IMG/VR virus record: IMGVR_UViG_3300002835_000064
Length of the DNA stretch: 64,000 bases
Origin: a virus
Lineage: Duplodnaviria; Heunggongvirae; Uroviricota; Caudoviricetes
Reading direction: 5' to 3' (one strand)
Positions 10,311 through 19,600 of the stretch are shown here, in pieces. The number at the start of each line of letters is the position of its first letter. Position 1 is the first letter of the stretch. The notes beneath the pieces are model-generated. The model ran no database searches. It was not told the origin of the DNA and saw only the letters and a program-made list of their open reading frames with translations. A program made the translations under genes and the position numbers.

Positions 10311-10592
10311 ATGGCTTATACACTTAAAATCGATGCGGCCGGTAATTCGTTTACTGTTGATGCTGCCAATAACACTACTAGTACACCATTTACTTTATAT
10401 CCACAAGGAAATGGAGTTGAGTATGGCGAAGGGTTTCAAAATAATTTAGTTCATGTATTAGAGAACTTTGCCGGTCCAACAGAACCAGCTATTAAAATCC
10501 CAGGATTGATGTGGTATAATACTGCTATTACACCACCTAGATTACAATTGTGGACTACCGGCAATGAATGGAAAATGGTTACTCTTATATAA
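10311..10592 (+). CDS. stand-alone paralog of the tail-fibre N-terminal domain (93 aa), opposite strand inside the baseplate operon
   Basis: GLMWYNTAITPPRLQLWTTGNEWK motif shared with the fibre N-termini and with ORF 983-1279. Confidence 0.35.
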   Translation: MAYTLKIDAAGNSFTVDAANNTTSTPFTLYPQGNGVEYGEGFQNNLVHVLENFAGPTEPAIKIPGLMWYNTAITPPRLQLWTTGNEWKMVTLI

Positions 10593-10594
10593 TA

Positions 10595-11077
10595 TTAACT
10601 TACGAATTCAATATTAAAATTCATATTTTTTGTAACATTGAGTTCTATATAAAATAAACTCAATGTTACAGTTAATGCATTATGATCGTAATCCGCGTTA
10701 ACATCAATAGAATTTAGTGATACTCTGGGGTCGTAAGCAACAACAGCTTCTAATTCGCTTCTGCATTGGTCTATAGTTTCTTGATCTAATGGCTCGAAAA
10801 CTAAATACGGAATATTAGTTCCAAATTTAGGCATCATTATTCGCTCGCCTTTTCTCGTAAAAATATGATTTAATATATTACGTTCAACTAATTTAATATC
10901 AGTTAAAACAAAGGTATTATTACCGTCGTTTTCTTTAGCCATAAACGTATCAATAATCGGAGCTATTTTTTTAGTTCCATCTAATTGTTTAGCGGCGAAT
11001 GAACCAGTAGTTTTAAAGCCTAATTTATAATCAATAGACGAAAATCCTTTATATAACGCCATCTTTATCTTCTCCAA
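10595..11077 (-). CDS. 25: baseplate wedge protein gp25 / P2 gpW family
   Basis: HIFTRKGERIMMPKFGTNIPYLVFEP...DP matches the T4 gp25 core (TRKGSRPFDPEFGCDL..LFE); 160 aa. Confidence 0.8.
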   Translation of the reverse strand: MEKIKMALYKGFSSIDYKLGFKTTGSFAAKQLDGTKKIAPIIDTFMAKENDGNNTFVLTDIKLVERNILNHIFTRKGERIMMPKFGTNIPYLVFEPLDQETIDQCRSELEAVVAYDPRVSLNSIDVNADYDHNALTVTLSLFYIELNVTKNMNFNIEFVS

Positions 11078-14000
11078 TATTTACTGCGAGGTGAATTATC
11101 TTTTCCTATTTGTGGATCATCGTATTTATATTTTTGAGTTTTATCAGTATCACTCATATTATCAGATCTAGCCCAAGGTTCATGCTTCGGTATTCTAGTT
11201 GGAAATGCGGCTATTTTAGCAGTCTTTGGAGTCGGTTTAGCATCCATCGTATTTGCATTTGCCATATCTGAAATTTTTTCTGGAGCCATACATGATAATG
11301 CAGTATTCGCCATTTCCGGTGACATATTCGACATAATATTACCCATTTCCAATCCGGGAATATTATTTAATGCATCGCCTAAACCAGGTAATGGAACATT
11401 AGAAAGCATGTCAGTTACATTATTTAATGGTAATTTTGATAATAATCCACTCATATCATTAATTGGTAATTTTGACATTAAATTACCGAAATCCGCACCA
11501 TTTAATTTAGATAAAATACCATTAACATCAGGAATACCGTCTAATACTTTACTAATATCACCACCGGGTAAATTATTAAACATATTACCTAAACTACCAC
11601 CACTAATATCAGATAAGAATTTTTCTGTATTTGGGAATTGATCTAACATATGTGTTAAATCGCCGCCGGGTAATTTTCCTAATAAATCACCGACATGATG
11701 ATCGGCTAAACCATCAAATAAGGTATGTGCATCTGGTATAGCTTTGAGTAATTGACCGGATTGCAATCCTGGTATATTAGTTAATATATCTCCGCATATA
11801 TGTTTAGGTGCATCTAATAATACATTCGCTGCATGAACACCTGGAATATTATTTAAAACATGACCTAAATCCGCACCAGACATAAAATCATGTATTGGAG
11901 CATTAGTTATTTTAGATAATTGAGATGATATACTACTAATATCAACTCTGGGAATTGTACTTTTAATATCGGATACTTTAGCATTTGGAAAATCTGGTAA
12001 TGTATCTAATATATGAGTTGATAACCCGGACATCGCATTTGGAATAACGCCGGATGGTAATTGATGCATTACGTTATTAATTTGCTTAATTGGTAAGGTC
12101 GATAACATACTACCAATATGAGTATCTGGCATTTGCGATAATACGTGGCTAATATTATCAATTGGTAGTCGATTTAAACAATCCCCGACGACATTATGTG
12201 ATAAATTAGTTAAAGTTCCGTTAATATTAGGTAAGCTATTTAAAACCTCAGGTAATAAATTATTAGAAACTTTACCTAAAACATTACCTAAATTACCACT
12301 AGCTAATGCATGAATAGTAGTTCCCATATTAGGTAGTTTATTTAATATAGTATCCATATGCAAATTAGATATATTATTCATAACGCCACCTAAATCTAAG
12401 CTAGGTAGCTTATTCATAATACCACCTAAATCAATATTAGGTAGTTTATTTAATAGATTACCGACGTCTGGTAATTTCGATAATAATCCACCTACATCTG
12501 GCATTTTATTTAATATACCACCAATATCAGGTAACCCACCCATAATATTACTAATATCCGGAATATCTGGTAACATATGAGCTATATCGGGTAAAACATT
12601 ACCTAAATCTGGCATATTAGCTAAAACATCACCAATATTATCAGATATGCTATTCATAATTCCACTCATATCTGGTAATTGATGCATTACGGTATCCATA
12701 ATATTCGGCATTGAATTCATAACGCTATTTAATTGACCCATCGCGGCTGTAAATTCAGTTGATAATGCGCCACCAACTTCGCCGGCTAATGAACTTAATT
12801 CGCCCGTTACATCATTAATAGCGGTCCCTAGTTCGCCCATTACATCACCTAAGGCTCCACTAACTTCACCCATTACTCCACCGATAGTATCAGTAACTGC
12901 ACCCATTGCATCGCCTAATGCACCCATAGCCTCGCCTAATGCCCCACCGATTTCTCCAGCTACTTCTCCTACGGCAGATCCGACTTCACCTAATGCACCA
13001 CTAATTGCTGCACCTACACCACTTAATGCCCCACCTACCGGGTTTGGTTCAACGCCCGTTAATATAGCTGGTGATGCGACGGTTACTAAAGCGCCAGTTA
13101 CATTAGTCATTTTACCGGCTAAGTTTAATGCGCTTTTACTAGATACGCTAGCGGTTCCACCTGACATACTTAACATACCCATACCAGATACACTAGTCAT
13201 AGCGCCAGACATACTCATCATGCCTTTACCACTAACACTAGTCATCAAACTAGAAACACTTGCAGTTCGATCACCGGATACACTAGTTGATTCGCCGGTA
13301 ATACCCATAGATTTTTGAGCGCTAATACCGCAAGTTTTTGACCCGACTGAATAATTATCCGAAGCTGATGATGTTATATTGGTTGCATTTTTATTAATAT
13401 CTTTTGCTGCGGTTAAATTTAAATTATTTTCTGCATTTAAATGAATATCTTTTGCGTTTAATCTAATTGAATTAGCTGCATGCAAATTAATATCTTTATC
13501 CGAATTAATTGATATAGTTTGCGTTCCGAATATATCTATTGTTCCGTCTTGATCTAATTCTATCCAACTATTACCTTCCGCAGTATTAATATAAATTCGT
13601 TCATTAGTATCATCGAATATAACTTGATGACCACTACTAGTTCTTAATCTAACGCGACAATTATCTTGACTATCGTCAAATGATAATGCATGAAATCCTG
13701 GAGTCGTCAATGAATATATTTGACTATCATAATTAGCATCGGTCGCACTATTTTTTAAATTAGGTTGCAATCTAGATTTTTTATAACCGGAAGTTGAATC
13801 TTTTTGTTTTGATGGAGTTGTTTGATTATCTATATGATCCTGAGTTAAACCAGTTACACTAACGTCAGCAGCTCGAGATTTAAACTCATGTTTGCCTTTA
13901 TCATCACCAAACGCCTTTTTAAGATTATCATATAATGGTTGAATTGGTTGTTCTTCTGATGAATAGGGCCCATCATTACCATCTTCGCCGATAAATCTAC

Positions 14001-14364
14001 CGTGGGGCATAGTATGTTCTGCATTAACTGGAGGCATACACCCAATATAAACGCGTCGGGTTGGATCACCACCTAAACACATTACCGCAACTATGGCGCC
14101 TACTTTAGGAGTAGCCCAAAATCCATAAGCGACACCACCTTTCGTTTTATGATCTCCAGAACCTCTAGTCATTTCATCTGAGTTAACTAAACCACCAAAT
14201 GGACTAATATATCGACACCAAGGTAAATTTTCATAATCAGTACTCGGTAAATCGCCGTAATCTTGGCAATATACTTTTATACGGCCTCTATTTTGTGGAT
14301 CATTGGTATCAACTACAGAACCTTCTACAATCGTGGTATATGGGTTAGATGCGCCTGAATACAT
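11065..14364 (-). CDS. baseplate central spike, gp5 / gpV OB-fold family, with a long repetitive C-terminal extension (1099 aa)
   Basis: N-terminal G.VVDTNDPQNRGRIKVY...LPWCRYISPFGG is the Phage_base_V / gp5 OB-fold signature; a beta-helix-like S/T/G-rich middle; >30 degenerate 11-13-aa repeats h-LNKLP-x-h-x-x-G in the C-terminal ~500 aa. Confidence 0.7.
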   Translation of the reverse strand: MYSGASNPYTTIVEGSVVDTNDPQNRGRIKVYCQDYGDLPSTDYENLPWCRYISPFGGLVNSDEMTRGSGDHKTKGGVAYGFWATPKVGAIVAVMCLGGDPTRRVYIGCMPPVNAEHTMPHGRFIGEDGNDGPYSSEEQPIQPLYDNLKKAFGDDKGKHEFKSRAADVSVTGLTQDHIDNQTTPSKQKDSTSGYKKSRLQPNLKNSATDANYDSQIYSLTTPGFHALSFDDSQDNCRVRLRTSSGHQVIFDDTNERIYINTAEGNSWIELDQDGTIDIFGTQTISINSDKDINLHAANSIRLNAKDIHLNAENNLNLTAAKDINKNATNITSSASDNYSVGSKTCGISAQKSMGITGESTSVSGDRTASVSSLMTSVSGKGMMSMSGAMTSVSGMGMLSMSGGTASVSSKSALNLAGKMTNVTGALVTVASPAILTGVEPNPVGGALSGVGAAISGALGEVGSAVGEVAGEIGGALGEAMGALGDAMGAVTDTIGGVMGEVSGALGDVMGELGTAINDVTGELSSLAGEVGGALSTEFTAAMGQLNSVMNSMPNIMDTVMHQLPDMSGIMNSISDNIGDVLANMPDLGNVLPDIAHMLPDIPDISNIMGGLPDIGGILNKMPDVGGLLSKLPDVGNLLNKLPNIDLGGIMNKLPSLDLGGVMNNISNLHMDTILNKLPNMGTTIHALASGNLGNVLGKVSNNLLPEVLNSLPNINGTLTNLSHNVVGDCLNRLPIDNISHVLSQMPDTHIGSMLSTLPIKQINNVMHQLPSGVIPNAMSGLSTHILDTLPDFPNAKVSDIKSTIPRVDISSISSQLSKITNAPIHDFMSGADLGHVLNNIPGVHAANVLLDAPKHICGDILTNIPGLQSGQLLKAIPDAHTLFDGLADHHVGDLLGKLPGGDLTHMLDQFPNTEKFLSDISGGSLGNMFNNLPGGDISKVLDGIPDVNGILSKLNGADFGNLMSKLPINDMSGLLSKLPLNNVTDMLSNVPLPGLGDALNNIPGLEMGNIMSNMSPEMANTALSCMAPEKISDMANANTMDAKPTPKTAKIAAFPTRIPKHEPWARSDNMSDTDKTQKYKYDDPQIGKDNSPRSKYWRR

Positions 14365-14374
14365 GTGGGTTATC

Positions 14375-14884
14375 CTAAAGTGTTAATTGTGTTGAATATT
14401 TTGTATAATCGAATATAAATGGAGTTTTACATACAAAATATAATTTTATAAAATTAAGTTTACCTAATTTAATAGGGGTATGTTGATGTGCGAAATTAGG
14501 CGAGCTCGGAAATATTAATAAATTACCAATTCCTGGTTTAATTATTGTTTTATAATTCTTAAATATTAATTCACCACCATAAACTTCGGTTTCTAAATCA
14601 AATGGTGGTATATTATTATAATCATTTAATGTAATATAACAAGTAAAATCATAATTATTTTTGCGAATCCATTTATATTGATAATAACTATTATCGCATA
14701 TTATTTTATTACTGGGTGATAATATAATAGGTGGTATTATATTATCAATAGTAACATTATAATAATCATTAATTATTGGAATTAATTGTTGAGCTTTTGA
14801 TGTGACGAAATCTAAAACGGTTTCACTACTGCATTTTAATGGCGATATAAATCCATCTATCGTTATAATAGGTGATTTTTGCAT
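14375..14884 (-). CDS. hypothetical baseplate-operon protein (169 aa)
   Basis: ORF tightly packed between the spike and the upstream gene; no motif recognised. Confidence 0.45.
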   Translation of the reverse strand: MQKSPIITIDGFISPLKCSSETVLDFVTSKAQQLIPIINDYYNVTIDNIIPPIILSPSNKIICDNSYYQYKWIRKNNYDFTCYITLNDYNNIPPFDLETEVYGGELIFKNYKTIIKPGIGNLLIFPSSPNFAHQHTPIKLGKLNFIKLYFVCKTPFIFDYTKYSTQLTL

Positions 14885-15483
14885 TGGTCGATAAACTCCT
14901 TAAGATTAGGATCGATTTTGCAATTTAATTTATCAATTAAGTTCATTCCAATTAAAAATGGTTCTAAATTAGACCGATCATTTAAATTAACTTGGATATC
15001 AACTGTATCATTGTTAATTTTACACGTTAATTGAACAACTGGTCTTTCTTCAACTCCACCATCAGCTGTTTGAATTTGTTGTTTACTTACCATTTTTAAT
15101 TTATATGATCTATTATTAAAAGCAAAGGTAACAAACTCATCATCGATTTGAATATTTTTTGCATCTAAACTGCAGCATGCCGCCCCGGTATCAACTTTCC
15201 CATTAATTAATTTACCGTTATTAATACCGATAAGTTCAACATTAACATATGATCCGATAGTTGATTCTAATACAAACGAATTACTAGATTGATATTTACC
15301 ATCAATATAATCATGAGTAACACAATAAGTGATATTATCATGTTCATATATAGAAAAAACTGGAATATTATTATCAAAATCTTCTAATGTTGGGATGTAA
15401 GTATATAATAAGGTAGAGCCATCTTTAATATATTGTTCTTGTTCAGTTTTTGGTTGGTCTTGTTCTAATATTAAATTTGTCAT
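14863..15483 (-). CDS. hypothetical protein with retropepsin-like (clan AA aspartic protease) motif pair, ~206 aa; start reassigned to internal ATG (MTNLILEQ...)
   Basis: LINGKVDTGAACCSLDA ... ~80 aa ... EPFLIGMNLIDKLNCKID resembles the h-h-D-T-G-A and I-L-G-M-D-x-L...ID motifs of the retropepsin/Ddi1 fold; the first 75 codons of the tracked ORF look like antisense read-through of the divergent gene. Confidence 0.45.
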   Translation of the reverse strand: MTNLILEQDQPKTEQEQYIKDGSTLLYTYIPTLEDFDNNIPVFSIYEHDNITYCVTHDYIDGKYQSSNSFVLESTIGSYVNVELIGINNGKLINGKVDTGAACCSLDAKNIQIDDEFVTFAFNNRSYKLKMVSKQQIQTADGGVEERPVVQLTCKINNDTVDIQVNLNDRSNLEPFLIGMNLIDKLNCKIDPNLKEFIDQCKNHLL

Positions 15484-15511
15484 AGGTATTGTAATAGGCC
15501 AATAAATAGTA

Positions 15512-15519
15512 TATTTATA
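15512..15519 (-). promoter_or_regulatory. T4-type late promoter box TATAAATA (minus strand) about 30 nt upstream of the ATG at 15483; likely promoter of the baseplate/fibre operon
   Basis: Exact TATAAATA octamer in the right orientation and spacing; the genome is T4-like (gp21/gp23/gp39/gp52 present), so gp55-dependent late promoters are expected. Confidence 0.4.
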
Positions 15520-15560
15520 TGCATTTTTGCGGGTATTCCAAAAAACATTAAGGTGATAGG

Positions 15561-16688
15561 ATGATTTTTTCAGAATTTTTAAGAGAAGATGGGGAGGCGG
15601 GTTGTGTATCAGCTGGTAATGTTGCTGGAACCCGAGGTTCGCTATTCGGTATGATAACTCGAGATGGTAGTGCCGCCAAAAAGGGCAAAAAAAGAAGATT
15701 AAAAACATTTTTTGAATCAGTTGTTAAATCTGATGAGTTCAGTGCTGAAGATGTATTATCAAAATTAAATGGCGCGGAAAAAGAAAATAAATTAAAAGAT
15801 AACTCTATTGCTTATGGTATCGAAGACGCCGAAGGTAATATTACTAAAGTTTATATCGATAAAGAACAAGACGAAGCTTTTAAAAGAGCATTAGGTGAGT
15901 ATTTAGATGATGATCAAACTTTAGATGTTGCTGAAATTTTATTTAATTTACGCAATTCATTTAATATCTTATTCGTCGAATGGCCTAAATTACCAGAAGA
16001 TGAAGAAGTTGATAATAAATTAGATAACCCAGAAGGTGCACCAGAAGGTGACGAAGGTGAAATGCCTCCCGAGGGTGAACCTGGAACAGAAGGTGATATT
16101 AAACCAGATGATAATACTCCTCAAGAAATTGGTCAACCAGAAGATAGCTCAAGTTTATTATTAAAAGTTATTGATATGTTAAAAGCAGACGCTGATGCTA
16201 AAACGGCGGAGTCTAATGCGAAAGCTAAAGAAGCGGAAGCTGAGCAAGCGAAATTATCTATTCAAATGTCTAATATTAAAGTTAAGAATGAAGAAGATAT
16301 GTTGCGGGCAGAAGAACATTTTAAAAAACAAAACGATGATAAAAAAGAACAAGAACGTGTTGCTAAATTAGCAAAATACAGAAGTGAAATAAACAATAAT
16401 GCTACTTACGAGGGAGCCATGTCAATTTTAGATTTTATGCATTCTGATTTAAAAGATATTAATGAAGATATTAATGATGATGAATTACGTATTCAAACTC
16501 AAATCGCAGATTTAAATGTTCGTAAAAATCGTGCTATGAAAGTTTATGATGATCAAGTTAAAAGATTACAAAATCAACTTTTAAATATTAATAAGCAACA
16601 ACAATCAGCTGGCGGAAGACCACAAGGTAATCCACAACAACAGCAAGGTCAACCACAACAACAACCGCAGGGACAACCACCCCGTTAA
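15561..16688 (+). CDS. acidic coiled-coil protein with PEG-rich and Q/P-rich low-complexity tails (375 aa), opposite strand inside the tail operon
   Basis: AAGGTGA RBS 6 nt upstream of the ATG; PEGAPEGDEGEMPPEGEPGTEGD and QQQQGQPQQQPQGQPPR tracts; converges on the tape-measure stop. Confidence 0.5.
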   Translation: MIFSEFLREDGEAGCVSAGNVAGTRGSLFGMITRDGSAAKKGKKRRLKTFFESVVKSDEFSAEDVLSKLNGAEKENKLKDNSIAYGIEDAEGNITKVYIDKEQDEAFKRALGEYLDDDQTLDVAEILFNLRNSFNILFVEWPKLPEDEEVDNKLDNPEGAPEGDEGEMPPEGEPGTEGDIKPDDNTPQEIGQPEDSSSLLLKVIDMLKADADAKTAESNAKAKEAEAEQAKLSIQMSNIKVKNEEDMLRAEEHFKKQNDDKKEQERVAKLAKYRSEINNNATYEGAMSILDFMHSDLKDINEDINDDELRIQTQIADLNVRKNRAMKVYDDQVKRLQNQLLNINKQQQSAGGRPQGNPQQQQGQPQQQPQGQPPR

Positions 16689-19600
16689 TTTGTTTTAGCT
16701 GCCGGTGGTTGTCTATTATCAGTTGGTTTAATAGGTGGGGTGAGTTCAGCTTGTTTCTCGTCCCACCAAGTTTTTATAATCTTCGCCACTTCATCAAATG
16801 AGTTATTGAATTTTTTAATAGCCATATTCGCATCATTTTGTTTAATATCACCCAATAATTCAATCATTTTAGCTATTTGATCATCTCCAGCATTTGCTAT
16901 TACCTCACTAGGTATAACCGCATTTTGCCGTCCAGTTTCAGTTGGTATTGTTTCAGTGGTACCACTATTATATGGTTTATATCCAGAACCGCCAGTCGCA
17001 TGTCGTTGTGTTTTGGTTGGTGATTCTGCATCACCCCCGGGTAATGACATACTCTTAGAACCTTTACCCTCAGATAAGTATTCGGATGCTAAATATCCAC
17101 CACCGACTAAAATAGCGGCAATCGCTGCAACCACACCACCAACAGCTAACGCACCAACTACACCTTCAGCAACAGCAGCCCCACCTGCGCCCATCATCAT
17201 TCTAGTTAATAATGCAGTCCCACCAATATTTAATGCAGTATTCGCTGCACTAGAAACCGTACTACCACCTAATGTATCAGTCCATGCTTTTAATGTTGCA
17301 TTCGCACTAGCAATACGCTCTATAAAAGTTTGTTGATTCTGCAAACTCATATCAGTTAATAATGGTATTAATTTTTTTTGTTCTTCCGGTATATTCATAC
17401 CCGGCGAAGCAATTGGTGATTTTTTTGCAGTCGATAATGTACCACCGATTGCTTCACCTGCTATTTGAAATGCTTCTGGTAATTTAGATTTAAATTCATC
17501 CATTAATCTATTTAAATTACCAATTTGTTTAGCATCGACTCCAGACACATATCCTGATGAATCTCGTTTTGATTGAGTATACTCTGCTTTAGCTAATTCA
17601 ATTTTTCGAATTAACTCGCGCATAAAATTCATTTCGTCTTCGGTTGCTAATTCTGGACCTTTTCCTGCAATTTCTGCCGCGCGGCGTTTATCAGCTGATG
17701 TTATGTCTTGTAATTCGCCGGCATGTTGTAATATACCGATTAAATTCATCATGCCGCCGGTAGCTTCTGCGCTTTGTTGGGGCGTCATTATTTTAGAACC
17801 GATAGCCATCGCTTCAGCGAATTGCTGAGCAGCTTCATCAGACATTTTTAAACTTTTTGCGTATGCGAAATGTGATGCTATTTCTTCAACTTTCTTTTTA
17901 GCTAATTTATCATCTAATCCAGCTAACATCCGTTGTGCATTAGTCGTTTTAACAATAGCTGATGTAGCGGCTTGTTGGGCTTTTGGATCAGCACCAAACA
18001 TATAATTATTCGCTTGAATACTTCTTTGATAATTTCTTATATCTTGCTCATTCATTGCACCGCCGATGGCTTGATTAATCTGCTCCATCTGCAATGATGC
18101 TTCTAATATATCTTTCGGTAGTGGTCCTAATATTTGTTCCCAAACGTCTCGTTGGCTAGCTAATTTAGCTTTAAATGCTTCATTTCCACCAGCTGCTAAT
18201 GCAGTTGATCTGTTTTCTTGCATTAGTTTAAAGTAATCGGGTTCACCAATTTGCATATCACTCATAAAACCGCGATCAACTCCACCAACAAATCGACTTT
18301 GACCGACGGCTCTACCTTGAATATATGATATATTTTCTTCAAAGAATTTTTTAATCGCTGGTATTAAATTCGCGGCTATTTGGCCTTTAAATCCGGCTAT
18401 TACATCACCTCGATCTCTACCGTCAGAAGTGGTACCAGTTCGGCGAACATCTGCCATATCCGCAATAAAATTACTAAATATACCACCTTGTTCTCTTAAA
18501 TTTCTAGATAAAATAGAACTAAATGTTTTATTATGCTTCGCAAATGCATCCGATGTTTTAATTAAACCATGTTGTATTTGATTACTAACTTCTTCTAATC
18601 GCTCTAATACTCCATTACTAATGGGGCCTGCCGAACCATCACTATTAAATTGATGCAATTTTTCACATAATTCTTCGATTTCCGGCGTAATTAATTTCAT
18701 ACTAGCAGCAAACGCTACATAATTTTCTAATTTAACCGCATTTGCTTCGTTAATATATCCGCCACTAAGGATTAATTCTTTCATAGTAGCTTCGTGCAAA
18801 TCACCGTATCGTCTTAATTTTACAATACCCTCATCTAAACCATTAAATGATAAACCAAGACTTTGCATGTGTTTAGTAAATTCAGATGAAAATTCAGAAT
18901 TCATCTTATCCCAGTTATAAAATACCCCTTTAGCAGTATCAGTTAATTCATCTAATATTTTAGTTAATGATTTATTTGATAATTCGGCTTGATCTATTAA
19001 TCGTTTACTTATTTCTAATTGAGTAGTTCCTAATAGATTAGCTAAAGTATTACGCATTTCAACCATTGATTGAGTAATTTGCCGCTCTAATTCTTGTATA
19101 ACCGTTTGATCTACTCTATTACCGGTATTTAAAAAGTTAGTCATCGGATTAGCTGAAACATCATTGATTGTTCCGGCTGTTTGGCCTGCAGCTAAGTATT
19201 TTTCAGCGGCTTCTTTTGTTACGTTATTTAAAACGCCGGCATTATCTTTTAATGCGTCTATTAAGTTAGCAATCGATTGATCAAAAATAACAAATCGCTG
19301 ATCGCTGTTTAATTTAGCTATCGCATCATTAGAATCCATCCCAGCATCATTTAATTGGCGTAATGATCGTTTGTAACTATTATAAAAATCAGTTATATTT
19401 TTATATTGACTAGATAATGATTGAGTTAAATCAACATTATGTAAATCTTTTGCCATTTTTTCTAATGCATTAGTTGCATCATCGAAAACTTTATTATATT
19501 TGGTTTGATTTTCTTTTGCATCTCTTAATAAAATTGATGCCGCTTGTCTAGTTGCAAAATCTGCTGCTGATATACTACCAAGTATGGATGCATTTGCTTC

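Noticed and set aside
11065-14364. Lysozyme domain in the spike protein, as in T4 gp5
   Set aside because: No GH24/GH-like catalytic motif seen between the OB-fold and the beta-helix region; the only lysozyme recognised is the separate endolysin at 1291-1752
14405-14420. TATAAATG near 14411 as a late promoter
   Set aside because: Wrong strand for the surrounding minus-strand genes, and the last base is not the consensus A
11408-17336. Antisense ORFs 11408-11641, 13854-14072 and 16956-17336 inside the spike and tape-measure genes
   Set aside because: Low-complexity translations (P/L/A-rich) typical of reverse-strand reads of repetitive coding sequence
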